DNA of 64,000 nt, taken from NCBI GenBank assembly GCA_951406725.2, contig OX597835.1, forward strand, positions 16,058,001 to 16,122,000, in the 5' to 3' direction. This stretch comes from Octopus vulgaris. Taxonomy: Eukaryota. A program made the position numbers and the translations under genes. The notes below the pieces were generated by a model. It was not told the origin of the DNA. It was given only the letters and a program-made list of their open reading frames with translations, and made no database searches. Each line of letters starts with the position of its first letter. The stretch's first letter is position 1. Positions 52,476 to 64,000 of this stretch are shown here, one piece after another.

Positions 52476-53205
52476 TAACCCTTTCGTTACCAGCCCGGCT
52501 GAAACCGGCTCTGGCTCTGAGTACATATGTCTTGTTTTCATAAGTTTTGAATTAAAATCTTCCACCAAACCTTAGTCACAATTTATGTTCCTAACACTAG
52601 CTGAATGATAACTAAGTTATTTGACTAAATTCTTTGTTATATTTAAAATTAATTGAAAGAAACACAGAGCATCTCAACAGCAATATGGTAACAAAAGGGT
52701 TAAAATATATAATAGAGAAACAATTCTAACCCTTTTGATACCAACCCAGCTGAAACCGGCTCTGGTTCTGTAGTACAAATGTCTTGTTTTCATAAGTTTT
52801 GAATTAAAATCTTCCACCAAACCATAGTCACAATTTATGTTCCTAACACTAGCTGAATGATAACTAAGTTATTTGACTAAATTCTTTGTTATATTTAAAA
52901 TTAATTGAAAGAAACACAGAGCATCTCAACAGCAATATGGTAACAAAAGGGTTAAAATATATAATAGTTAAACAGTTCTTAACCGTTTTGATACCAACCC
53001 AGCTGAAACTGGCTCTGGCTCTGAGTACAAATGTCTTGTTTTCATAAGTTTCGAATTAAAATCTTCCACCAAACCTTAGTCACAATTTATGTTCCTAACA
53101 CTAGCTGAATGATAACTAAGTTATTTTACTGAATTCTTTGTTATATTTAAACAATTGAAAGAAACACAAAGCATCTCAAAATAAATACAGTAATGAAAGG
53201 GTTAA
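52476..53205. mobile_element. Three tandem copies of the TTAA MITE
   Basis: Period of about 252 bp; each copy is AACCCTTT..AAAGGGTTAA, separated by a shared short spacer. Confidence 0.88.
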
Positions 53206-53787
53206 GCTCAGACTACCTAGCTGTAAACAGGTACTACAATGTGGTATCTATTTGTAGACAAGATATTTAATAAGCCCAGTCCATCGAGCTGTAAGAAGGT
53301 ACCACTGAGTGGTATATGTCAATGTGTCCATGACCAAGACACTTAACGGTCCAGTCTGCCTAGCTGTATGTTGGTACCACAGTAGTACAGTTCACAGTTC
53401 TGTATCTATGACCAGTCCAACTAGCTGTAAGTAGGTACCACAGTATGATAGAGTTTACTACTGTATGAAATACCTCAACAGAGAAATTGTCAAGTATTTT
53501 GTCAGTTTAAATTCAATTCCTTACATAGGAAAAAAAAAACATCTATAAAAGTCTAACTGTTCATTCTATCAAGCGATGAATTTAATTTACACCTGGTAAA
53601 TAAGAGATAAATATAAATTAGCTTTTTCATCATCACTAGTAAGAATATAAACAACATACAAAAGAGAGATTATAAATAAAAATAAAATTCTGACATTACA
53701 ATAGAATTGTTACCACATTGCTAAGTGGCATTACTTTTGACTCTTTAGACATAAAGAGTCTTTGACTCTTTAAACATAGAGTCAAAA

Positions 53788-53830
<43 letters not shown>

Positions 53831-54714
53831 CAAATATATAAAAAGACAACACTCACGTTATTATGTTAGGAGATTATATGTACATTTTAACACTTCACGA
53901 GAAGGGAAGACAGAGGAAAAAATTTTTTTTTTGCTGGTGGTGCTCAAGAGATCCATGTGTATATATATATATACACATAATTCTATACATCGATCTTAAA
54001 CAACAGGATTACTAAAGAAAGACCAGAATGTAAGACCATGATGCAGTATGCATTTCATTACAATTATAATTTTTATACCAAAGTTTGTGTTGCATTTCAA
54101 CCAGTGTTTCCAAAACTTTTACGTAATGACTCCTAAAGATTTATCGATATGTGCACTCAAGCCATGCAAATACTTTCATTACCCAGACGACACACACACA
54201 CACACACAGCATTACAAACACAGCCTTCACACCCACTTGCACGTTCCATGGCTCCCACGGGGATCAATCAGGTACTGGACAAGGCATATGGATCACTTTC
54301 CTGTTTGAGAGCGATTGGGTTCATTTTTAGTATTCTTGTTTGTGAGAGCAGTTGGGTTTATTTCAGACATTCTCATTTTAAAAAATCATCTCCGGTTAAT
54401 CGTTGAGAGGACGTTGGTGTTGCCTTGGTGGAGGTTTGTGCACTCTGAGTACTCATTATTATAAATAACCACTCATAGTAAATGGGAGAATAGTGGAGAC
54501 ATGAAACAGCACGATTTCTGGGGCAGTAAATGAAATATTTCCTGTTTTATAAATATATCCTGTATCGTATTTACAATCATTTAAGTTGGAAAATAAAAAA
54601 AAATATAAGAAATATAAAAAAAAAAAAAACCCAACTATTCAACAAACAATGTTTATGTCTATCAGTTAAAAATAATACAACAATAATTGATAATAGATTT
54701 ATTATAAAGACCGA

Positions 54715-55227
54715 TACTATCACCACCACCACCACTACTACTACTACTGTTGCTGCTGCTGCCTTCACTACCACCACCACCACAACAATTACCACCACCA
54801 CAACCACCACCAGTACTATCACCAACACCACCTCCACAACCATTATCACCACCACTACTACCACCAGCACCTCCACAACTATTATCACCACCTCCACCAC
54901 CACCACCACCAGTACTATCACCAACACCACCTCCACAACCATTATCACCACCACTACTACCACCAGCACCTCCACAACTATTATCACCACCTCCACCACC
55001 ACCACAACCAGTACTATCACCAACACCACCTCCACAACTATTATCACCACCACTACTACCACCAGCACCTCCACAACTATTATCACCACCTCCACCACCA
55101 CCACCACCAGTACTATCACCAACACCACCTCCACAACTATTATCACCACCTCCACCACCACCACCACCAGTACTATCACCAACACCACCTCCACAACTAT
55201 TATCACCACCACCACCACCATTATTAC

Positions 55228-55272
<45 letters not shown>

Positions 55273-55315
55273 TACCACCACCAATATTATCATCATCATC
55301 ATCATCATCATTATT
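54715..55315. repeat. (ACC)n/(ATT)n compound repeat with higher-order duplication
   Basis: Recurring blocks CCAGTACTATCACCAACACCACCTCCACAAC. Confidence 0.9.
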
Positions 55316-55664
55316 CAGTCTTTTATGATATGATTTATATCTGTCCCGTATGACAGTTGTCGGAGAATTTCATCTATACAATTATGCATTCAGGTATTAG
55401 TGACAAAAATCCTATAAATAATGGAAGTGGGGATGGTGAAAATTAAAAAAAAAAACCATATGTACAAGATTCAAATATATAACGTCCAACCCATGCTAGC
55501 AGTCCAACCCATGCTCGCATGGAAAGCAGATGCTAAACGATGATGATGATGATGAAATATATATATAGTTAATCCAAACAAGAAAACACAAAAAAATACA
55601 ACAACGCAAGGACGTGGAACAAATATAGCATTATTGGACGCTCAGGAAAGAAGGGAAGAAGGAG

Positions 55665-55701
55665 GGTTTAACGTTTCGAGCGGAGCTCTTCGTCGGAAAC
55701 C
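55665..55701 (-). ncRNA. Minimal variant hammerhead-like motif in a Penelope-like fragment
   Basis: ggttt-CCGACGA-a-gagc-tcc-gctc-GAAACGTT-aaacc. Confidence 0.5.
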
Positions 55702-55752
55702 TAGGAGAAGGGAAGACAGAGGAAAAAAATTCACCAACGGTACACACAAGGT

Positions 55753-55793
<41 letters not shown>

Positions 55794-55952
55794 CAGGCTT
55801 CCTTCAGTTTCCATCTACCAAATCCACTCACAAGGCTTTGGTCTACCTGGATCTATAGTAGAAGACACTTTCCCAAGGTGCCATGCAGTGGGACTGAACC
55901 TGAAACCATGCGGTTGGGAAGCAAGCTTCTTACCACACAGCCATGCCTGCAC

Positions 55953-55989
<37 letters not shown>

Positions 55990-56136
55990 GGGGGTGAGGC
56001 AAGAAACTTGATTTGTAAGCAAGGTGGTTGTGGGTTCAGTCCCACTACACAGCACATTGCCTTTTACTATAGCTCCAGGCCAGTCTATGCCTTGTGAGTG
56101 AATTCGGTAGAGGTGAAACCTATGTGGAAGCCTGCC

Positions 56137-56176
<40 letters not shown>

Positions 56177-56488
56177 CTTTGTGTTTCTACCGCTCCCACC
56201 CACTGTCTGATAACCAGTATTGGTTTGTTTATGTTCCACTTAGTCAGCAGTTTGGCAAAAGAGAAAACAACAGAATATGTGTGTGCATGTATGTGTATAT
56301 AATCTTTGCACTTGTGATTTTTTAATGTTTTTACCCCCATACCTTCGTGGGTTATTTTGAGTAAACACTATCTGAGAGAAATTTTCTTTAAGTATTAGAA
56401 ATGGCTAAAAAAATTCTTTTTGGCTGCTATTTCTAATGAGTTCAGTATGTGGCAAAGTAATTTATTTTACTAAGACCTTTATAAAATG

Positions 56489-56525
<37 letters not shown>

Positions 56526-57999
56526 CATACATACACACATATATCAGTACATAAACAATTTTGTAAATAAGACTAATACATGCATATATACATACATGCA
56601 TTGTGTGTATGTGTGCGATTATACAGTATTTAAGTATTTTGTAATATAAATATGTAAACTGGAAAATGAAGACAGTCTCAGGATAAAACAAGACTGCTTT
56701 CATGTTTGATCAAGGAAAATGATTTAGGTTAACTTGAAAAACATTGTCAGCAAAACAAACTAGTTTATTTTTGTTGTTCTTCATCAAATACACACACACA
56801 CACATCATCATCATCATCATCGTTTAACGTCCGCTTTCCATGCTAGCATGGGTTGGACGGTTCAACTGGAGTCTGGGAAGCCAGAAGGCTGCACCAGACT
56901 CCAATCTGATCTGGCAGTGTTTCTACAGCTGGATGCCCTTCCTAATGCCAACCACTTCGTGAGTGTAGTGGGTGCTTTTTACGTGCCAACCGCACAGGTG
57001 CCAGACGGGGCTGGCAAACGGCCACGATCGGTTGGTGCTTTTTACGGGCCACCAGCATGCATGCATAAATATATAAGATCTATTTTTAAATATTTATAAT
57101 ATAATTTATAAACATTTTATATCAAATCTCTATCTGATGTATATTTACACCACAAGAAATATATTCAGACACACACACGGACGGTATTACTTGGAACTGA
57201 ACGCATATTGCGCAAAGTACTGTCTGTCTGAGGTCGTTGTTGTGACTTGACAGACAGCACAAAGCCCCGGTAGACACGGTACCTTCAATCAACGACATCA
57301 CGATATTGGATACTCTGCGACATCTTAAATCGTAATAATATTATTATAGACATTGTCCTGTGCTAGTAGGGTGCCAAGAACACCATCCGAGCGTGATCGT
57401 TGCAAGAGCAGCCAACTGGCTTCCATACCCGTGGCACGTAAAAGGGCACCATTCAAGTGTGATCGATACCAACGTCGCTTAACTGGCACCTGTGCTGGTG
57501 GCACGTGTAAAAAGATTCGAGCGAGGTTGTTGCCAGTACCGCCTGACTGGCCCCCGTGCAGGTGGCACGTAAAAAGCACCCACTACACTCTCGGAGTGGT
57601 TGTCGTTAGGAAGGGCATCCAGCTGTAGAAACTCTGCCAGATCAAGACTGGAGCCTGGTGCAGCCATCTGGTTGCCAGCCCTCAGTCAAAATCGTCCAAC
57701 CCATGCTAGCATGGAAAACGGATGTTAAATGATGATGATGATGAATATGTGGACACCACTGTGACCACCACTCCATATGTAGACACTACGGTGTGTCCTC
57801 TCTCCTCCGTCTCAATATGTAGACATTATGGTGTCCACTCCTGAATACATAGATAGACACTGCAATGTTCTCAATAAAAGGTGATAATAAAACGTCACAA
57901 ATTCTAACGAAAATTTGTGAGAATTTCTCTAAGAAAGAAAAAAAAAGAGAAGCAAACCCCAAAAATCAATAAATTGGCTTTTATTCTAAAGAACCAATA

Positions 58000-58394
58000 A
58001 TGACGATAATAATAAAATAATAATAATAATAATGATGATGATGATAGTAATAATAATAATAATGATGATGATGGTAGTAATAATAATAATAATGATAATA
58101 ATAATAATAATAATGATAATAATAATAATAATAATGATAATAATAATAATGATAATAATAATAATAATAATGATGATGATGATGATGATAATAATAATGA
58201 TAATAATAATAATAATAATGATAATAATAATAATAATAATGATAATAATAATAATGATGATAATAATAATAATAATGATAATAATAATAATAATAATGAT
58301 AATAATAATAATAATGATAATAATAATGATAATAATAATAATAATGATAATAATAATAATAATGATAATAATAATAATGATAATAATAATAATG

Positions 58395-58441
<47 letters not shown>

Positions 58442-58455
58442 CAACAACAATAATG
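58000..58455. repeat. (TAA)n/(TGA)n microsatellite
   Basis: Direct reading. Confidence 0.95.
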
Positions 58456-59995
58456 AATTACAGAGAATAATTGAAAATGTCTAGAATAAAAGACGCCAGA
58501 GAAAATTAAGGTTTTTAGGAAGAAAGAAGATAAATTGTTTTTTTATATATTGTTCTAAAAAAAAAAAAAAAATGATATCAAACACGAAGAAGATGAAAGG
58601 GGAAGAGACTCAGAGTCATTTATTAATAAAATATTTGATACAACAACTCTGCACTCACGCTGTTATTTAGCCCTTGTTCGACCAACTCTACCACCTAACA
58701 AGGAGTAGACGTATATGATCAAGGATGTTTCAGAAATGGCTATCCAGTCTGTCGTTTAGAAAGACACCGTGCATGCCTAACTGCATTATACAAAACGTCC
58801 TACATTGTGTTAAAGGCTTTAACTCTTTTGTTGCCAACCCGGCTGAAGCCGGCTCTGGCTCTGAGTACAAATGTCACGTTTTCATAAGTTTTGGATTAAA
58901 ATCTTCCACTAAACCTTAGTCACAATTTATGTTCCTAACACTAGCTGAATGATAACAAAGTTATTTTACTAAATTCTTTGTTATATTTAAAGTAATTGAA
59001 AGAAACACAGAGCATCTCAAAAGAAATACAGTAACAAAAGGGTTAAGGTAGGATTTAAGAGAGATTTGGTTGCTATTTCTAGGATGTCAAGCAACATCAT
59101 AAAGGCTCGTTTGTTGGCACAGCTTTGTTCATCATTATTTCAATGTTTTACTTTTAACATCTACTTTTCCATGCTTGTAAGGATCAGATAGGTACATGGC
59201 TCAGTGGTTAGAGCGTCGGACTTACAATCGTGAGGTAGTGAGTTTGATCCCCAGACTTGGCTGTGTGCTTTGTTCTTGAGCAAGACACTTTATTTCACAT
59301 TGCTTCAGTTCACTCAATGGTAGAAATGAGTTGTGACGTCACTGGTGCCAAGCTGTATTGGCCCTTTTACCTTTCCCTTGGATAACATCAGTGGCATGGA
59401 GAGGAGGGGAGGCTGGTATGCATGGGCGACTGCTGGTCTTCCATAAACAACCTTGCCCAGACTTGTGCCTCGGAAGGGAACGTTCTTACTGCAATCCCAT
59501 GGTCATTTGTGACCGAAGGGAATCTTTACATTACTAAGGATTGGACAGATTTTATTGAAGCAGATTTCCTACAGCTGGGTGCCTTTCCTGTTGCCAACCC
59601 TAGTAATATTTCCCCAAGGCCAGATATGTTCTCAGAGAATATTCAAAATAACTGACTCTGGTTATATGATAGTAACACTTGTCAATTATCATAGAAAGTC
59701 AAGATGTACACACACACACACACACACACATTTCCTGATTTCACTCATTAACTTGTGGCCATGCTGGGGCACCACTACAAAGGGTATTTTAGTTGAATGA
59801 ATCAACCCCAGTACTTATGTTCTAAGCCTGGCACTTATATTCTGCTGAACCGCTAAGTTACATGGATGTAAACAAACCAACATTGGTCATCAAGCAGTAG
59901 TGGGTGTACAAAGTGCTGTGCAATGGGGTTGAACTCAAAGCCATGTGGTCGGGACCAAATATATATGGTGAGTGCATGTATTGGACAGTGGTCAG

Positions 59996-60069
<74 letters not shown>

Positions 60070-60074
<5 letters not shown>

Positions 60075-60536
60075 ATATATAAACGGCAGTTTGTCTGTTT
60101 GTGTGTCTGTGTGTCTGTCAGGTTGTACCCTCACCCTGACCACGGCTTTCAACCGATTCTGATGAAACTTGACACACACGTAGCCCAATGTCATAATTCA
60201 AAACTAACGCAGCAGAAATTTTGAAAAGTTCCCCCAGTTCTGAAAAAAAATCGATAAATTCGACATGGTTCGAGAATCTAAGCTTTTTATATGCAACACA
60301 TTTTGTACAGACTGTCTAAGGGACACAACTCGACCCTTTTAACTCTCGGAACACGTGGGGTAAGTATCCCAAAATGTATAAAAATGTACAAAAATGGCAA
60401 AAAAGCTGGCAGCAATGTGAGTGACAACAACGAAAAAGTCAAAAGTGACCAAACTGAACAAACGAATGCAAAAGGTTTTTTGATGCACACGACAAAAGCG
60501 GTTTATAATCCGGGCAACGCCGGGCTATACTGCTAG
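60070..60536 (+). mobile_element. Non-autonomous Helitron
   Basis: 5' TCTCTATATATAAA; 3' hairpin CCGGGCAACGCCGG followed by CTAG|T. Confidence 0.8.
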
Positions 60537-60655
60537 TATATATATATATTTATATGTAGTTAATCCAAACAAGAAAACACAGAATAAAAACACAGCAACG
60601 CGAGGACGTGGAACAATTAAAGTATTGTTTGACGCTCAGGAAAGAAGGGAAGGAG

Positions 60656-60692
60656 GGTTTAACGTTTCGAGCAGAGCTCTTCGTCGGAAACA
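60656..60692 (-). ncRNA. Second copy of the minimal hammerhead-like motif
   Basis: gttt-CCGACGA-a-gagc-tct-gctc-GAAACGTT-aaac. Confidence 0.5.
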
Positions 60693-62323
60693 AAGGAGAA
60701 GGAAAGATCCCGAGAAGGGAAGACAGAGGAAAAAAATTTTTTTGCTGGTGGTGCTCAAGAGATCACATGTATATATATATTGGACAATGGTCAGTCTATG
60801 TATTTCTAATTTTTAAATAATCTGTTTCACTAATGCCTTCATTACAATATTGACAGAACATAATGACGATGATGATGATGATGATGATGACAATGGTGGT
60901 GATGGTGACCATGATAAGGATGGTGATGACGGTAATGATATCAACAATATAATGATGGTGATGATGATGATGGTGATGATGGTGATGATGGCAATGGTAA
61001 TGTGTAATGGGGGGGTAGTTACAACTGTGATGATGCTAGTGATGATGATGATGATGATGACGATGACAGTGATGACAATAATCTCACTCTTCCCCCATGC
61101 CACCGACGTTGCCATAAAATGTGGATGAAATTACTGTTTGTGATAGTAATTGATGTTTTAACCGATGTTGAGGAGAGAGAGAGAGAGAGTGAAAGGAAGA
61201 GAGAGAGAGAGAGAAATGAAGAAAGAGAGAGAGAGAGTGAAAGGAAGAGAGAGAGAGAAACAAAGAAAGAGAGAGAAAGAGAGAGAGAGAAAAAGAAAGA
61301 GAGAGAGAGAGAGAGAGTGAAAGGAAGAGAGAGACAGAGAGAAAGAGAGAGAAAGAGAGTGTGTGTGCAAGACATGATGGCAGCTACAGAATATTTTAAG
61401 CGGTGGAGTCATTTTGTCTTCCTTGTTACCACCAACACCACCACCACCATTAACTATAACCCCACCAGCATCATCATCGTCATCATCATCATTAACAATA
61501 TTCTTACAAACCACCACTTCCATCGCCCTCACTGTCACCCTCACCACCATCATTGTAACCAATACCACCAGCAGCCCCCCTCACCATCGAACACCACCAC
61601 CCGCCTCATCGCCTTCAGTTTGGTCCTTCAAAAATTATTGAAAAATGGTGATTAGCCAAATTGTTTTTGTCTAATTAACATATGTTAACTGATAAAAAGC
61701 ACATCACCACCACCACCACCACCACCACCGCCGCCATCATCATTGTAGTTGTTGTCATCGTCATCATTGTGAGCATTATTGCCACCACCACCACCGCCAC
61801 CACCACCATTGCACTCACCATCGTAATGACGAAGGCCATCGCCATAAAACATCTTGTACCAGCAGATGTCTATGTTAGATGGAAGATGGTATTACAGCTT
61901 CAATGTTTCAGCAAATTTGGAGAGACAGACAGAAAGACGGACAAGCAGAGTAGAAGAGAGAGAGAGAAAAAAAAAATAAGGTGTGTCTGTATATATATAT
62001 ATATATACATATAAATATATATAATTAAATAATATGGGTAGAATTTGATATTAATGAATTAAAAACAGTGGCTTAGCATATTTTAAAAAATCCCAAAATT
62101 AAAAACTGTGTTACATACAAAATTAAGAGGAATGTCCACTAAAGTGGACACCTAGTATGGTAAACATAGATGTCAAATCGCCATTACAGCGAAGAATGTG
62201 TTTTCTTGATTACTTAATTTTGTGTGTGTGTGTATATGTATATATATATACCGGAGTAAACACATAAATGTGAAACAAGGTGGAAAAAAAGAGTACTCAA
62301 ATACCAGTGGTAGAGTAATATGC

Positions 62324-62444
62324 TTTATTTAAAGCAGCAGAAAATTCAACAAAACCTGTTACTCTGAGTTTCCCGTTGCTGTTCATCTGTCCGATGAAAC
62401 TCAGAGTAACAGGTTTTGTGGAATTTTCTGCTGTTTTAAATAAA
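62324..62444. repeat. Palindrome of a Penelope-like end, about 50-bp arms
   Basis: TTTATTTAAAGCAGCAGAAAATTC..CTCTGAGTTTC / GAAACTCAGAG..TTTAAATAAA; same family as 34660-34780. Confidence 0.85.
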
Positions 62445-62453
62445 ATGTATATA

Positions 62454-62487
<34 letters not shown>

Positions 62488-62712
62488 ATAAAATACAAAA
62501 TGGGACAAGAACGCAAAATATCCAGACAACTAGGTGATACAAAAAGGGACAACAATAAACATCCAGATAGATGATACAAAAAAACAAGGACAGGTCATAC
62601 CTATGTTTGCACCACTCTATATATATGTATATATATATGTGTGTTTATATATATATATAGGGTGGTGCGGAAATAGGTATACAGGGATGAAAAAAGAAAA
62701 CATGTACAATAT

Positions 62713-62922
62713 TCTCTTTACTCTTTTACTTGTTTCAGTCATTTGACTGCGGCCATGCTGGAGCACCGCCTTTAGTCGAGCAAATCGACCCCGGGACTTA
62801 TTCTTTGTAAGCCCTGTACTTATTCTATCGGTCTCTTTTTGCCAAACCACTAAGTGACGGGGACGTAAGCATACCAGCATCGGTTGTCAAGCAATGCTAG
62901 GGGGACAAACACAGACACACAA

Positions 62923-62981
<59 letters not shown>

Positions 62982-63147
62982 TACGACAGGCTTCTTTCAG
63001 TTTCCGTCTACCAAATCCACTCACAAGGCATTGGTCGGCCCGGGGCTATAGCAGAAGACACTTGCCGAAGATGCCAAGCAGTGGGACTGAACCCGGAACC
63101 ATGTGGTTGGTTAGCAAGCTACTTACCACACAGCCACTCCTGCGCCT
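62713..63147 (-). mobile_element. SINE family A, full length
   Basis: Head, internal microsatellite and (CTCTTTTA)n tail. Confidence 0.9.
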
Positions 63148-63677
63148 ATTCATCTATCTTTATCAAAAAAAATTCTTTTAAAGTTGCGATAAAAGTGTTA
63201 TTATAGTTATTATAAATGTATTCTACTGATTAATGACACTGAAAATATCAAAAATGAGGTTAACTAATTTCATGTGCCAAAAATTTTTAATGAATTAACT
63301 ATTATAACGTTGGTGTGGTACTTACTGTATGTATACCTACATTTGCACTTCCCTGTGTGCATGTGTGTGTGTGTGTATATGTATATATGTATGTATGGAT
63401 AGGAAGATATGAAGATAGTCAATGGGGGAGGTTTTCTAGAATACAGTTGTAGACAGTTTAATTCATAAATGTCTCACTATAGACACACACAAACATCTGC
63501 GTACATATGTATACATACATACACATATATACATACACATACACACACGAACATGTGTGTGCATGTATACACAGGCACAACTGCACACATTACATGGCCA
63601 CAGAGGAATGCACATGCAAATATGCACACACCCAGCAGAAGTTACATTTATACACGCACACAGAAAGCAATGGATGT

Positions 63678-63714
<37 letters not shown>

Positions 63715-64000
63715 GGCATGTACTAACATCCACATATGTACATACACACGTACATTGATATGGCTTAACACACACATGCGCACATATGCCCACATACACA
63801 CACACACACACACACACACAGAAAGGCACCAATACAATTCACAACCTGAAGTTATATTGAGTGTGGAGTGTTGGTGGTAATGATGGTGGCGGTAGTGGTG
63901 TTGGTGATGCTGGAGGTGTACTTGGTAGTGGTAGTGACGGTGGTGGCAGCAGTGGTGGGGATGGTGGAGGTGCGCTTGGTGGTGGGGATGGTGGCGGCAG

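Noticed and set aside
54530-55333. Mucin-like Thr-rich or extensin-like Pro-rich ORFs
   Set aside because: Trinucleotide repeat open in several frames on both strands, with no convincing splice context.
60813-62014. Poly-D/M, ER-rich and poly-T ORFs
   Set aside because: Simple-repeat translations with no domain signal.

Overview
Eukaryotic, AT-rich, microsatellite-dense genomic DNA. The SINE repertoire and the CDICGKSFS-type zinc-finger array point to an octopus/coleoid cephalopod (inference). The main gene is on the minus strand: an OTUD7A/B (Cezanne)-like OTU deubiquitinase with 7 phase-consistent GT-AG coding exons (45358 to 19425, about 1112 codons). It has an intact catalytic Cys/His and two C-terminal A20 zinc fingers; its first coding exon was not found in the window. 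Downstream is a frameshifted 14-finger C2H2 zinc-finger pseudogene (942-2180). The rest is tRNA-derived SINEs, LINE 3' fragments (CR1/L2-like, R4/Dong-like), mariner remnants, Helitrons, TTAA MITEs and tandem repeats. The least expected signal is a set of type I hammerhead-ribozyme folds in Penelope-like remnants: one canonical (6742-6836) and several with a recurrent variant core CCGANGA. Some of the many fold-back palindromes have their inversion breakpoint inside these motifs. Nearly all other ORFs in the supplied track are repeat artefacts. Repeat boundaries are approximate.
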